From a virus: a DNA stretch of 64,000 nt. Below are positions 6,464 to 15,862 of this stretch, in pieces. The stretch is from the IMG/VR virus record IMGVR_UViG_3300031787_000011; one strand, given 5' to 3'. Both the position numbers and the translations under genes were made by a program. Below the pieces are notes generated by a model. It was not told the origin of the DNA. It searched no databases and saw nothing but the letters and a program-made list of their open reading frames with translations. Position 1 is the first letter of the stretch; every line of letters begins with the position of its first letter.

Positions 6464-6491
6464 AGTATGGCCTAAATTTAGCCGAAGTCAA
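6464..6491 (-). promoter_or_regulatory. sigma70-like promoter, leaderless spacing
   Basis: TTGACT-N16-CATACT-N6-ATG. Confidence 0.7.
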
Positions 6492-7020
6492 GAGAATCTT
6501 CCAGATTGTGAATTATTTTTTTTACTACAAATATTTTTTCTTTTTCAGATTTATTTAACTCCTGGCATTTGAGCTTTGCTTCTTCTTGATTTTCGTAAAG
6601 ACCAAGATTAATGCAAACAATAGGCACTTTAGATTTTCTGCCGTCTATTTGGATTTCAGTAATTCTAGCAATACAAAAAGACTTTTTTGACGAGGCTTTT
6701 TTTAATTTAACCATCAATTTAGGTAATGGAGTGTCTTCCCCAATATCAATGCCAAAATCTTGTTTGACTAAATCTCTTTGCAATTCTGCTAAAATATAAT
6801 GACCAGCGTTAGCTAAAACTTTATAAGATAAAGAAATAAAAGTATATCCCGGGACATCCTTGTCTTCCAAACGAACCAAAAGACCAATTTCTTTATTAGA
6901 ATTTAATGCCCACTCTACAGCACGGGTAGAGGCTTCAAAAATAGTTTCTTCTAAGGAATCTAGCTCCTCTATTTCTATTTTTTTCTTCCAATCTGCGCTA
7001 TAGGCGACATATTTTTTCAC
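6478..7020 (-). CDS. hypothetical protein
   Basis: 180-aa ORF, GTG start, GTGTAA motif 8 nt upstream. Confidence 0.75.
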   Translation of the reverse strand: MKKYVAYSADWKKKIEIEELDSLEETIFEASTRAVEWALNSNKEIGLLVRLEDKDVPGYTFISLSYKVLANAGHYILAELQRDLVKQDFGIDIGEDTPLPKLMVKLKKASSKKSFCIARITEIQIDGRKSKVPIVCINLGLYENQEEAKLKCQELNKSEKEKIFVVKKIIHNLEDSLDFG

Positions 7021-7033
7021 AACTATAATTACA

Positions 7034-7165
7034 CTATCTAAAGTCTTCTAGTTTGAAGTCGCTATTCCGTTGTGGTTTATTGGCCTTTTTTTTGCGCTTT
7101 AAATCTAAATTTTCGAATTCCTTTCTTTTGAAAGAACCTTTTTTGGCAAATTTATCTTGTTTCAT
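7034..7165 (-). CDS. small basic protein, 43 aa (not in ORF track)
   Basis: MKQDKFAKKGSFKRKEFENLDLKRKKKANKPQRNSDFKLEDFR fills the gap. Confidence 0.55.
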   Translation of the reverse strand: MKQDKFAKKGSFKRKEFENLDLKRKKKANKPQRNSDFKLEDFR

Positions 7166-7166
7166 A

Positions 7167-7400
7167 TCAATTTCCTTTATGAGAATATTCTACTATATCA
7201 AATAGAAAACTCTTGAATTGATCGAAATCTTGCCTATCAGCTTCGGCTATTAAATTCCGATCTACTTTGCTGATGTAATCATCAAGAGAACTGGCCCAAT
7301 AAGATGGAATAGTTATTGTGCGGCCATCAAAAGAAAGATCGTCATGCTTAATAACGATGCTCCTCTTAGGTTTTGCCTCTATGTACAACTCTTTTTGCAT
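7167..7400 (-). CDS. hypothetical protein
   Basis: ORF in co-oriented run. Confidence 0.7.
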   Translation of the reverse strand: MQKELYIEAKPKRSIVIKHDDLSFDGRTITIPSYWASSLDDYISKVDRNLIAEADRQDFDQFKSFLFDIVEYSHKGN

Positions 7401-7442
7401 ACTTTATTATAGAGTTGCAATATGTGATTTCAAAATTAAACT

Positions 7443-7628
7443 TTACTCACCTTTCTTGAAAGTATCCATAAGCTCTCTAACAGAAACAAGCATTTTGTCC
7501 AACGTGGCGACTCTATTAGAATAAAGTAATTCTGTTTTTTGCTGCTCTGCTAAAATCAATTTTTCTAATTGCTTGATTTTTTTATGAGTTTCTGTGGGTT
7601 TTGTTCTTTCAAATTCTGAGATATTCAT
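7443..7628 (-). CDS. hypothetical coiled-coil protein
   Basis: ORF coupled to the upstream gene. Confidence 0.65.
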   Translation of the reverse strand: MNISEFERTKPTETHKKIKQLEKLILAEQQKTELLYSNRVATLDKMLVSVRELMDTFKKGE

Positions 7629-8215
7629 TTGATTAAGAAAAATTTTTCGACAAAATAAAGTTTTGATTGCGAAAACGTAAGAAAATTACGAATATTGCGA
7701 AACATGAATTTCACAAAAGAAGCATAAGGGCGCAAAATGTATTTATATTTTCTCGTTTTGGTAAATTCATACCAGTCTTTTAATTTTTTATCAAACTCCA
7801 AATCCTTTTTTTTTCTTTCGGCATTATCTCTTGCCTCAAAGTCAACAAGCTCGACAGAAGAAATTTTACCATCAATAAATACAGCTTTATATTCTATGGA
7901 GTAATCGTAGTCAGTATCTTGGGAATGCTGGTAATCATAGAAGTTTATAGTTATTGTGCGTATTAACTCCTCCTTCCACTTCTTTGTGGTTTTGAAATAC
8001 CCCATCTTGGCAACGAAGCCTGTGGCATTTTTGTCGCCTTCAATCCACTCACCTTCTGAGCGTTGTATAAATAATTGACCATTTTTGTCAATTTCATACC
8101 AATCTAAAGCAGAATCTAGATCTTTAGTTTGGAAGTCTTTCGAGCCAGAATAACCTTTTGGATCATTTGGCATTGGAAGTGGATATTCGCAAATTATTGT
8201 ATCGTACATTCCCAT
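7625..8215 (-). CDS. hypothetical phage protein
   Basis: MGMYDTI.CEYPLP...FQTKDL N-terminus of a kind I recall from uncharacterised phage proteins. Confidence 0.75.
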   Translation of the reverse strand: MGMYDTIICEYPLPMPNDPKGYSGSKDFQTKDLDSALDWYEIDKNGQLFIQRSEGEWIEGDKNATGFVAKMGYFKTTKKWKEELIRTITINFYDYQHSQDTDYDYSIEYKAVFIDGKISSVELVDFEARDNAERKKKDLEFDKKLKDWYEFTKTRKYKYILRPYASFVKFMFRNIRNFLTFSQSKLYFVEKFFLIK

Positions 8216-8436
8216 TATAGTGTCCTCATTATTTCTTTTCTTTGCTTTTCAGAATAAGAAAGCCAGTTTTTGATTTGCTCAGTTGTTCTGCCGCAAGCGA
8301 CACAAATATCATTCTTTAACTTGCATATTCTTACACATGGAGATGAAATTTTATTGCTCCAGTTTATTTCGCTAAAATTATCACGAAATTGCCGACTGAA
8401 GCAATTCCTTGGCTTGTCTCCTTTTCCCGCACTCAT
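8215..8436 (-). CDS. DUF1289-like Cys protein with N-terminal GKGDKPR peptide
   Basis: SPCVRICKL...CVACGRTTEQIKNW. Confidence 0.75.
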   Translation of the reverse strand: MSAGKGDKPRNCFSRQFRDNFSEINWSNKISSPCVRICKLKNDICVACGRTTEQIKNWLSYSEKQRKEIMRTL

Positions 8437-8630
8437 AACTTGGCAAGTTCTTTTATAGCAAATTCGATATCTAAAGTTATTTGCTTCGGTATCAAACCGG
8501 CTTCGTCCATTGTCCTATTGTCTTCTCCTATGCGCCATTTATTAAAATTGTTTAGTCTTTCTGAGACGTCTTTAGGCGTCATTGGCAGACCAGAGAATTG
8601 TTTTGATTTTGATGCCTTCTTTCTTGCCAT
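8433..8630 (-). CDS. hypothetical protein
   Basis: Likely start at MARKKASK. Confidence 0.55.
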   Translation of the reverse strand: MARKKASKSKQFSGLPMTPKDVSERLNNFNKWRIGEDNRTMDEAGLIPKQITLDIEFAIKELAKL

Positions 8631-8787
8631 AATTTGCTCCATAATTATTTTTCTTTTCAAAAAAGTCAAAAAGATCAGCTTTTATTTTTTCTGCGTCTTC
8701 ATGAGAAAATGATTTTGGCAATTCTATTGATAAGTTTACGCCTTTATTGCTCGCACAAGAAACATTATCTTGATTGTTGTTTTGCAT
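8572..8787 (-). CDS. hypothetical protein
   Basis: ORF in co-oriented run; overlaps neighbours. Confidence 0.45.
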   Translation of the reverse strand: MQNNNQDNVSCASNKGVNLSIELPKSFSHEDAEKIKADLFDFFEKKNNYGANYGKKEGIKIKTILWSANDA

Positions 8788-9166
8788 ATAAAACTTTGTT
8801 GTAGCTTTCTATATAAGACTCAATATTACTTTTACCAATTGGATTCATACTATGGACAACATAAGGGGGGTGCGCGATGTTGCGCTCCATGCAGTAGCTT
8901 ATAAGCCACTTAGCGCAATCATACCCGGTCTTCTCTTGGTATTTATCATAATCTATCTTGTCGTTGTTTAATCCATCTCCATAATGACAATAAGCTAAAT
9001 CATGATCATAGCAAACAAATCTAGGTAAACCTCGTAAAGTAATTAAATCTACAAATTCTTTGTAATTTCTTGCAACAGAATAATGTTGATTAACTGGAAT
9101 ATCTGCCCAAGTTACATCGGTTGGAAGGCGAATATCATCAAGGAATAAATTATACTTAGTGATCAT
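8765..9166 (-). CDS. cyclic-phosphate-processing receiver-domain protein
   Basis: LFLDDIR, YDHDL, TGYDCAKWL, VHSMNPIG motifs. Confidence 0.85.
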   Translation of the reverse strand: MITKYNLFLDDIRLPTDVTWADIPVNQHYSVARNYKEFVDLITLRGLPRFVCYDHDLAYCHYGDGLNNDKIDYDKYQEKTGYDCAKWLISYCMERNIAHPPYVVHSMNPIGKSNIESYIESYNKVLYAKQQSR

Positions 9167-9837
9167 AGTTCAAATGCCGCAATCGTATGCTCGAAAGGAT
9201 TTCCTTCGATATTCTTTACGAGACGCAACATCTCGGCGGCAATTTCTCGGATTTCTTTCTGAGCATCAGGCTTATTACGCAAGCTCAAAAAGTGATAGAA
9301 TGATCGCCAATTAAACATAACATCAGCTTGAATTTGAGAATTATAAGTCTTGAAGTAACGAGCAGACTCTTTAGCCCTCTTGCGACCCAATGCAGGTTCA
9401 AGGTCTTTTATACATTGATGATAAAGATTGTTGCCAAGTTGAGTGTAGTCTTCAAGAATCTTAGCCCATTTATCGTTTTGAACTCCTTCTTGTTCAAAAT
9501 TAGATTCAATATCTCCCCAATCACTAGGAATTAAATACTTATCTTCCTTTATCTCCTTATACCTAGCAGATTCGCCATTAACAGATACACCGACACGATG
9601 CTTAATGAGATGAATATGACTAGCAATATCAGTATCCACCAAGAAATGAAGACTAGACTTTTCAAAAGGAGTGTGATGCCCCGCATCAGCGAGCATTTTA
9701 AGGAGTTTAGGAATTCTATTAATCTTATCTTCATTTAAATCTCTGCTGGTGGAAGTCCATGCAGAACAGGCGTGAATTTGATCGCTACCATAATAACCAA
9801 TCAACTGTACTTTATTATCGTTTTTATCGTTAATCAT
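9163..9837 (-). CDS. thyX: FAD-dependent thymidylate synthase
   Basis: GHHTPFE, HLIKHR...NGESARY, NWRSFYHFLSLR...AQKEIR. Confidence 0.93.
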   Translation of the reverse strand: MINDKNDNKVQLIGYYGSDQIHACSAWTSTSRDLNEDKINRIPKLLKMLADAGHHTPFEKSSLHFLVDTDIASHIHLIKHRVGVSVNGESARYKEIKEDKYLIPSDWGDIESNFEQEGVQNDKWAKILEDYTQLGNNLYHQCIKDLEPALGRKRAKESARYFKTYNSQIQADVMFNWRSFYHFLSLRNKPDAQKEIREIAAEMLRLVKNIEGNPFEHTIAAFEL

Positions 9838-9969
9838 ATTCTTGTAAGTACGCTAAATTAATATGAGGTAAATTTTTAAAAAGTCAAGTTTTTACCAAGC
9901 AAAATTTAATTTTTCTAAAACTTCTTTAACTCTAGAGTTCGAAAATGCGAATCCCCTATAACATGTATT

Positions 9970-10149
9970 TCATTGTATCTCATATTTCTTTTTTATTTGG
10001 CGATGAATTTCTTTATTAACCTTGCATTTGCAAGAATCCATCTTTTTGTTGCCGGGTCCGATTAAGTCGCCTTTCCAAGTGTAGCAGTAATGCCAACCTT
10101 GGCTTATTTCTTCTGGAGTTAGCGGATTTGATTCAAGCTTGTTTTCCAT
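9970..10149 (-). CDS. small hypothetical protein, 59 aa (not in ORF track)
   Basis: MENKLESNPLTPEEISQGWHYCYTWKGDLIGPGNKKMDSCKC... Confidence 0.6.
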   Translation of the reverse strand: MENKLESNPLTPEEISQGWHYCYTWKGDLIGPGNKKMDSCKCKVNKEIHRQIKKKYEIQ

Positions 10150-10508
10150 GGGTCAACTTTTGGTTGTTCAATTATAATAGCGGGATTGCATTCATCTTTT
10201 TTGACATCCAGCCACTTTATTTTGAAATTGCCATTTTCATCTCCTGACATTTCTAATTTTCGATCATTAATATGAAAAATAATGCCAGAAACATGAAGAG
10301 CTTGAGTCGGAGTATTAGTTCCTAATCCAAGATATCCTGAGCCTCCTCCAATACCAACGCTGCCACGCTCGTCAACTCTTAAAACTTCTCTACCAAGAGC
10401 TAAATCTTTTGGTGGTTGAGGATTCTCTTCTGATTTAGCTAGAGACGGTGTCGTAGAGGCGGCGACAAAGCCTCCGAATAAAGTTTTGAAAAAATCTTTG
10501 CGATTCAT
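10119..10508 (-). CDS. protein with Tat-like signal and a GIGT..P...LHV fibre-type motif
   Basis: MNRKDFFKTLFGGFVAA..SLA; GSVGIG, GYLGLGTNTPTQALHVSG. Confidence 0.6.
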   Translation of the reverse strand: MNRKDFFKTLFGGFVAASTTPSLAKSEENPQPPKDLALGREVLRVDERGSVGIGGGSGYLGLGTNTPTQALHVSGIIFHINDRKLEMSGDENGNFKIKWLDVKKDECNPAIIIEQPKVDPWKTSLNQIR

Positions 10509-10520
10509 ACTGATATTATA

Positions 10521-11102
10521 TTAATCCTCCTCCTCTTCAGCAAATTTTTGATCTGGATGATAAACAAATTCTGGACCATCGTAGCCGTACCCTGTGTCGC
10601 CATGATCGTGATAATCATCAGGACATTGACCATCATACATTACTTCTTCAAGATATTTTTCACCACGCTGATCAACTCCATATTGAATAGTTAATTTTTT
10701 AGGATCAAATTCAGTTATCTCACTCCAATAATAAATGTAATTAAACTTCATGTCGTGAGACCACCAAATATTTACTTCGCCTACGTTATCAGGTTCTTGC
10801 GGTATATAATTACAACCGCCGCCTTCTTCGAATTTAAATTGATTCCAATCTGACGTTTCAAAGACAGGTTTTTCGTGATTTTGAATATATTCGTCACCTC
10901 CTAAATATACTTTTATATCATCTCTGCCATCTTTAAAATCAAAATAAGGACAAGTCTCATAAACATCACCGCCACTATAACATTCATCGCTTTCAATGAA
11001 CATTTCCTCAAACATTTCTTGAGTTTGATCTGGCATTGGGCCAGCGATAGTATCGCGGCTATATTCGTATGTGCCGCGCATCCAAATTTTAATTTTTAAC
11101 AT
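10521..11102 (-). CDS. acidic hypothetical protein
   Basis: 193-aa ORF. Confidence 0.75.
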   Translation of the reverse strand: MLKIKIWMRGTYEYSRDTIAGPMPDQTQEMFEEMFIESDECYSGGDVYETCPYFDFKDGRDDIKVYLGGDEYIQNHEKPVFETSDWNQFKFEEGGGCNYIPQEPDNVGEVNIWWSHDMKFNYIYYWSEITEFDPKKLTIQYGVDQRGEKYLEEVMYDGQCPDDYHDHGDTGYGYDGPEFVYHPDQKFAEEEED

Positions 11103-11105
11103 AAA

Positions 11106-11330
11106 TTAAGAAGTTTTCCAATTAGAACTAGTAGTATCAGAAGAAGTAATCGTATAACTTATATAGGGAGAAGGCGCTCCCCAAGGATAAGGAATAAGAT
11201 ATGGTTGATTATTATATCCTAAAACGTTTTTAAGTTGAGAATAAAGATTCTGAGCCTCTTCCATAGAGAGAGTAACTTCTTTATCTTTAATCTTAAGGTT
11301 TATAGAAATTGCTATAGATGAAGAATCCAT
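11106..11330 (-). CDS. hypothetical protein
   Basis: ORF in co-oriented run. Confidence 0.6.
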   Translation of the reverse strand: MDSSSIAISINLKIKDKEVTLSMEEAQNLYSQLKNVLGYNNQPYLIPYPWGAPSPYISYTITSSDTTSSNWKTS

Positions 11331-11366
11331 GCAAGATTATAAAATAAGTCTTTGGTTTTTACAAAT

Positions 11367-11588
11367 TTAATCGTGAATGTTTATGCCCCGGATGTTAATT
11401 TCATCATGCAAAAGAGCGCGAATAGAACAAAGAGCTTCATCGGCAGATTTAAATTCATGACCGTATTTTATATAACTTCGCAACTTATCCTCGAAATGAC
11501 CAATAGCAGCAACCATGTCGGGTGCTTGATTTGCCATTTCAAATGCTCTTTGATCTTCGGGTAGATTAAATTCTAGAATTGCTTTCAT
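11367..11588 (-). CDS. hypothetical phage protein
   Basis: MKAILEFNLPED N-terminus. Confidence 0.75.
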   Translation of the reverse strand: MKAILEFNLPEDQRAFEMANQAPDMVAAIGHFEDKLRSYIKYGHEFKSADEALCSIRALLHDEINIRGINIHD

Positions 11589-11633
11589 TTTTGTTAAGCT
11601 AGTGTAAAACTTGCAACCGTTTGCTTAAAGTAT

Positions 11634-11903
11634 ATGTCATACCTAATAACTATGAAATATCTATTATACACGATACTCCTAGGGTTCTCGTTGACATCTA
11701 TAGCTCAAGATGCACCCAAGCCACCAAAAAGTCAAGAAAGAAAAGGGCCTCCCAAGGAATTACTTGAAAAATACGACACAAATAAAGACGGAAAGCTAGA
11801 CAAAGAAGAAAGATCTAAAATCTCCGAGGAAGACAAAAAAAGATTTGCTCCAAGGCGTAAAGGACCAAAGGGACCACCTCCTCCTCCTCATAAGAAGGAT
11901 TAA
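11634..11903 (+). CDS. secreted EF-hand protein
   Basis: Signal peptide ending SIA-Q; EF-hand loop DTNKDGKLDKEE. Confidence 0.8.
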   Translation: MSYLITMKYLLYTILLGFSLTSIAQDAPKPPKSQERKGPPKELLEKYDTNKDGKLDKEERSKISEEDKKRFAPRRKGPKGPPPPPHKKD

Positions 11904-11915
11904 TTAAAACAAACA

Positions 11916-11942
11916 GCCCGTAGAGAAATCTGCGGGTTTTTT
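11916..11942 (+). terminator. intrinsic terminator
   Basis: GCCCGTAGA-GAAA-TCTGCGGGT then T tract. Confidence 0.8.
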
Positions 11943-11964
11943 ATTTAGGGTGTAATGATTTTTG

Positions 11965-12918
11965 ATGAAAAGGTTTCTGATTTTATTAATAGCGCTTTTA
12001 GCGTCTGGGTGTTTTTCTACAGTGCCTCCTGCTAGGCCTTCTACAGCTAACCAGCAGATAATAGATAACCAAGAAAAAAAGCTAGATAAAACTTTAGATC
12101 AAATAGAAAAAAACGAAAAGGGTAAAAAAATCCAAACATCTACTTTGGCTCAAGGTATTCAATACTCCTTGACTCAAGTAACTAATCCACCAGTCCAAGT
12201 AGAGACAGCAAAATCTTTAAACGAAAGAGTAGTTTCAATTGTCGGATCACCTCATATCGACGAAATCAAAAGAATAAAAGCTACTGTTGATTTATTAAAT
12301 TCAGCAATAGAAGAAGAAAGAAAAAAAGGCCTAGAACTTTTGGCCCAGCGCGACGAAATAATCAGCAAATTGCAAAAGGAAAAAGTTGAGTTAAATGAAA
12401 AGTACGACGATCAACTTTGGCAAATGTCAGATAAAGCTAAAAAAGTAGCCGAAGAAGCTGACGCCGCAAAAGCTACTCTAAATTCTATGAGTGGAATGTT
12501 TGGTTTAAATGCTGTATTTTGGGGGTTGAAAAAGTTTTTCCTAAGCGCCTTAACTGCAATAATTATATTCTCTGTACTGTTCTTAATTCTTCGTTTGCTT
12601 GCGACAATCAATCCTATTGCAGCGGCTGCGTTTTCTATTTTTGACATGCTTGGTTCTTTGATTATTTCTTTATTCAAAGGCCTTACTCCGAAGGCATTCG
12701 AAATGAGTAATCTTATAAGCAAAGAAAAATTTGATGAATACAAAACGCCATTAATTAAAATTATAGATGTAATTCAAGATTTAAAAGTGGAACAAGAAAA
12801 ACATCCTGATAAGACATTCAGTATGCAAAATATTTTAGACCAGTTAGATCGAGATATGGATAAAACTGAAAAAGATTTAGTGCAACAAATTTTAAAGGAA
12901 TTGAGATGGAAAAAATAA
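11965..12918 (+). CDS. lipoprotein with coiled coil and C-terminal TM segments (spanin-like candidate)
   Basis: Lipobox LASGC, long coiled coil, two hydrophobic helices; GTGTAA 9 nt upstream. Confidence 0.6.
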   Translation: MKRFLILLIALLASGCFSTVPPARPSTANQQIIDNQEKKLDKTLDQIEKNEKGKKIQTSTLAQGIQYSLTQVTNPPVQVETAKSLNERVVSIVGSPHIDEIKRIKATVDLLNSAIEEERKKGLELLAQRDEIISKLQKEKVELNEKYDDQLWQMSDKAKKVAEEADAAKATLNSMSGMFGLNAVFWGLKKFFLSALTAIIIFSVLFLILRLLATINPIAAAAFSIFDMLGSLIISLFKGLTPKAFEMSNLISKEKFDEYKTPLIKIIDVIQDLKVEQEKHPDKTFSMQNILDQLDRDMDKTEKDLVQQILKELRWKK

Positions 12919-13012
12919 ACCAATCAGAAAAAGAAAATAAATATTGTTGTTTCGCTTGGCTTTCTTTTCTTTTGTTTTTTCGTGTAATATGAATATACAA
13001 ACCGCTTGATTT

Positions 13013-13615
13013 ATGGAAACTTTTGAGAAAATAATTGATGTTTTAGGTAAGATCAACTCTTCAATTGTTATTGTAGCAGCTTTCGGCGGCTATATGTTTT
13101 ATTTAATTAAGAAGTTGCAACCATTCACAACAATAATAACAGATATAGCGTCTTTAAAAGAAGAGATAGAATCAATTTCAAAAGAATTAAAGCCGAATGG
13201 CGGCAAAAGCATGAAAGACCAGCTTAATGATTTACAAGCTTCAACAAAAACAATACTACATAGGCAAAGATGGATATTAGATAACAGAGAAGAGCCAATA
13301 TTTGAAACGGATGAAAAAGGAAATTTTACATGGGCGAATGATTCTTTAATTAGACTAACTGATAGATTATTTAAAGATTTAGAAAATAATAATTGGATAA
13401 ATGCCCTTTGCGAAAAAACTAGAGATGAAGTTAACGAAAGTTGGCAGCTAGCTATAGAAAATAAAAGAAATTTTGAACACGATATAGTAATTATAGATAG
13501 TGAAAATAGAGCTTTTAATGCAAAATGTCACGCAGTCCGTCAAGATGACGGAAAATACATAGGAAAATTAATATATATAAAAGAAATAGAAGAAAAAAGT
13601 AAAAAATGTAAGTGA
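13013..13615 (+). CDS. membrane protein with PAS domain
   Basis: N-terminal TM, coiled coil with PNGGKS, then IFETDEKGNFTWAND...NWINAL PAS pattern. Confidence 0.75.
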   Translation: METFEKIIDVLGKINSSIVIVAAFGGYMFYLIKKLQPFTTIITDIASLKEEIESISKELKPNGGKSMKDQLNDLQASTKTILHRQRWILDNREEPIFETDEKGNFTWANDSLIRLTDRLFKDLENNNWINALCEKTRDEVNESWQLAIENKRNFEHDIVIIDSENRAFNAKCHAVRQDDGKYIGKLIYIKEIEEKSKKCK

Positions 13616-13618
13616 TTG

Positions 13619-14905
13619 TTAATTAAATTCTCTGTAATTAATTCCCCCATAAACAACAGAGTCAGAAGCTCCTAAAGGCTGGCAAGATAAAACAAGAACA
13701 TCTTTTCTTCCAGTTATAGAAGACCCAAGTTTTAATAAAGATTTCAAAGAGTCAGCTTGTATGTCTGTCTTAGCTTGAGCATATCCTCCAGCAATACTAA
13801 ATCCACCAGAAATCACGGTTCCATTCGGGGCTACAGCATATTCTAAAGAAGAGTTATTTACTCCTGAATAAGTCAAATTATTTATTCCAGAAGGATTTAA
13901 ATGTAACTGCCATTCATAATTATCATTACTAACAGTTAAAAGACTAAGATCCAAAACATCTATTGTAGCTGATAAATATCCAGTTTTTAATCTCGTTGCA
14001 ATTATTGCGTTTGTGACATTTTTTGTGGCTGTAACGGCTGAGCCTCTAGTAGAAACATAAGAATTAAGAGCCACTTCTTCTCTTCCTCCTTCACTAATAA
14101 CAGCAGAGCAAATGCAATTAATAGTTGAAGCCGCGCCAGTTCCATCGTTAATTATTTGATATCTTAATGGAAGATTTGGATTTGACATGTAAACAGTTGT
14201 CAAATTATTAGCATTTAACAACTCATGAACGTAATATGTTGTTCCATTTACATTAAAACCAAATCTTACTCTTCCTACGCCAAGCCATTCGAAGTCTATG
14301 ATAAATATTTGAGTCTTCGTAAAATCTAAAGTTATTTTACTTGGCCCAGTGCCGTCCATCTTGTCTATATTCCAAGCGGATTGAGCGTATGGATTGTCTG
14401 ATGCGCTACCGCCAGTATAAGTTCTTCTTACTAAATTAATTGTTCCGGCATTATTTTCAAGAAATAAACCATTATTATCATCAAAATAACCCATCCTTGA
14501 TATAATTCCAGTTCCTCCGCCAGATGCTTTAAGTATGCCAGTAATAAATATCAATTGACTCTTAGAAGGTTGATAATTAAACCTCATAAAAGTCTGGCGA
14601 GTTCTTTTACCAGCAGTATTTAATGAAACTCCTAAAGTTGTAGACGCCGTATTAGTGGAATGTGTCGATGTTGTTCCTGAGCCGCTTTCTTGAATATCAT
14701 CCCAATATAATGGTTGATTGTCAAAAATTTGCTTGCTGTTAAAGATCATTTCGGGATTAGAAACTCTTTGTCTTCCAAAAGCATCTGACCCAGCGGCGCC
14801 GCCAGCAAAGTCTGTGGAGTGTATTGGCCTATATTTATTTAATGAAACATCATAAAGAGTCGGGCAATCTACATGTTCAGGGTTGTCTAAATTAAAACTG
14901 GACAT
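13619..14905 (-). CDS. probable virion structural protein
   Basis: DAFGRQRVSNP, DFEWLGVGRVRFG; G/S/T-rich beta-type composition; GTGTAA 8 nt upstream. Confidence 0.7.
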   Translation of the reverse strand: MSSFNLDNPEHVDCPTLYDVSLNKYRPIHSTDFAGGAAGSDAFGRQRVSNPEMIFNSKQIFDNQPLYWDDIQESGSGTTSTHSTNTASTTLGVSLNTAGKRTRQTFMRFNYQPSKSQLIFITGILKASGGGTGIISRMGYFDDNNGLFLENNAGTINLVRRTYTGGSASDNPYAQSAWNIDKMDGTGPSKITLDFTKTQIFIIDFEWLGVGRVRFGFNVNGTTYYVHELLNANNLTTVYMSNPNLPLRYQIINDGTGAASTINCICSAVISEGGREEVALNSYVSTRGSAVTATKNVTNAIIATRLKTGYLSATIDVLDLSLLTVSNDNYEWQLHLNPSGINNLTYSGVNNSSLEYAVAPNGTVISGGFSIAGGYAQAKTDIQADSLKSLLKLGSSITGRKDVLVLSCQPLGASDSVVYGGINYREFN

Positions 14906-14928
14906 AACCCTATTTACACTAGTTTTAG

Positions 14929-15501
14929 TTACTTATACTTATTAAAAAAATCTATTTTAAACTGAGAAAAATCTTTCCACAAGACTTTCGGAGCAGAATA
15001 ATTTAGTTCTTTGATCCCTCTCTTTTTGTCATAAATGAATTTTTTAAGCCACTTTGAGGTATTTTCAGGGGAAGAGTCGGTATAAATAATAGCCTCAGAT
15101 TTTTGGCTAATACAAAAAGTATAAGCTGGTTTTGCTTGCTTCTTCTCGTAGCCAGAAACCGTATCAATAAATATATCTGGATAAGGAAAAGAATCTACTC
15201 CAGAAAAGAAAATATCTCTGCTCTTACATTCGCAAGGCATTTTACTTTCGCCAATCAAGATGTCTTTATCTTGTGTGCCGTACTTTTTGCGAGAAGCTTT
15301 TACATCTTTTCTAGTGGAAAGCCATTCACTATATTGTTCTTCTGAGCAATCGTCTGGATTAAGTTCTAATCCAATAGATTCAAAAAAGATAGGAATGCCT
15401 TCTTCTTTTAGTTTTTTTGCTAAGATTGATTGAAATTTTAAACCAGTTTGAAGTTCTTTATAGAATAGTTCATGGTTGTCTAGCCAATTTTTTTGAGCCA
15501 T
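14929..15501 (-). CDS. possible PD-(D/E)XK nuclease
   Basis: DKDILI...ECKSR. Confidence 0.5.
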   Translation of the reverse strand: MAQKNWLDNHELFYKELQTGLKFQSILAKKLKEEGIPIFFESIGLELNPDDCSEEQYSEWLSTRKDVKASRKKYGTQDKDILIGESKMPCECKSRDIFFSGVDSFPYPDIFIDTVSGYEKKQAKPAYTFCISQKSEAIIYTDSSPENTSKWLKKFIYDKKRGIKELNYSAPKVLWKDFSQFKIDFFNKYK

Positions 15502-15508
15502 TATATTT

Positions 15509-15862
15509 TTAATCTCCCTTTTCTATTCTGTAGCTATCATCATCGAAGTGTTGGGTGCTGAATTCAAATAATTCGGTATCTTCTAGGGCTTGCATTTGGT
15601 GCTTTAACCCAACTGGAATATGGAAATGATCTCCTTTTCTAAGAAGAATCTTGTGAGCAAGAGGCATCTCTTCATGCCATCCATAATACAAAAGCAGCCT
15701 TCCACTTTGGACGTAGAAAGTTTCATCTTTGATCTTATGGTAATGCCAACTGCACTTGCGATCTTTAATAATATAAAGTATTTTACCGCAATACTTCTCA
15801 TTATTAACTATCCACTTTTCAAAACCCCATCCTTTGGGGACAATATGAAGTTTTTCTTGCAT
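15509..15862 (-). CDS. cupin (sugar isomerase-like)
   Basis: VPKGWG.E, SWHYHKIKDETF, H.PVGLKH. Confidence 0.85.
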   Translation of the reverse strand: MQEKLHIVPKGWGFEKWIVNNEKYCGKILYIIKDRKCSWHYHKIKDETFYVQSGRLLLYYGWHEEMPLAHKILLRKGDHFHIPVGLKHQMQALEDTELFEFSTQHFDDDSYRIEKGD

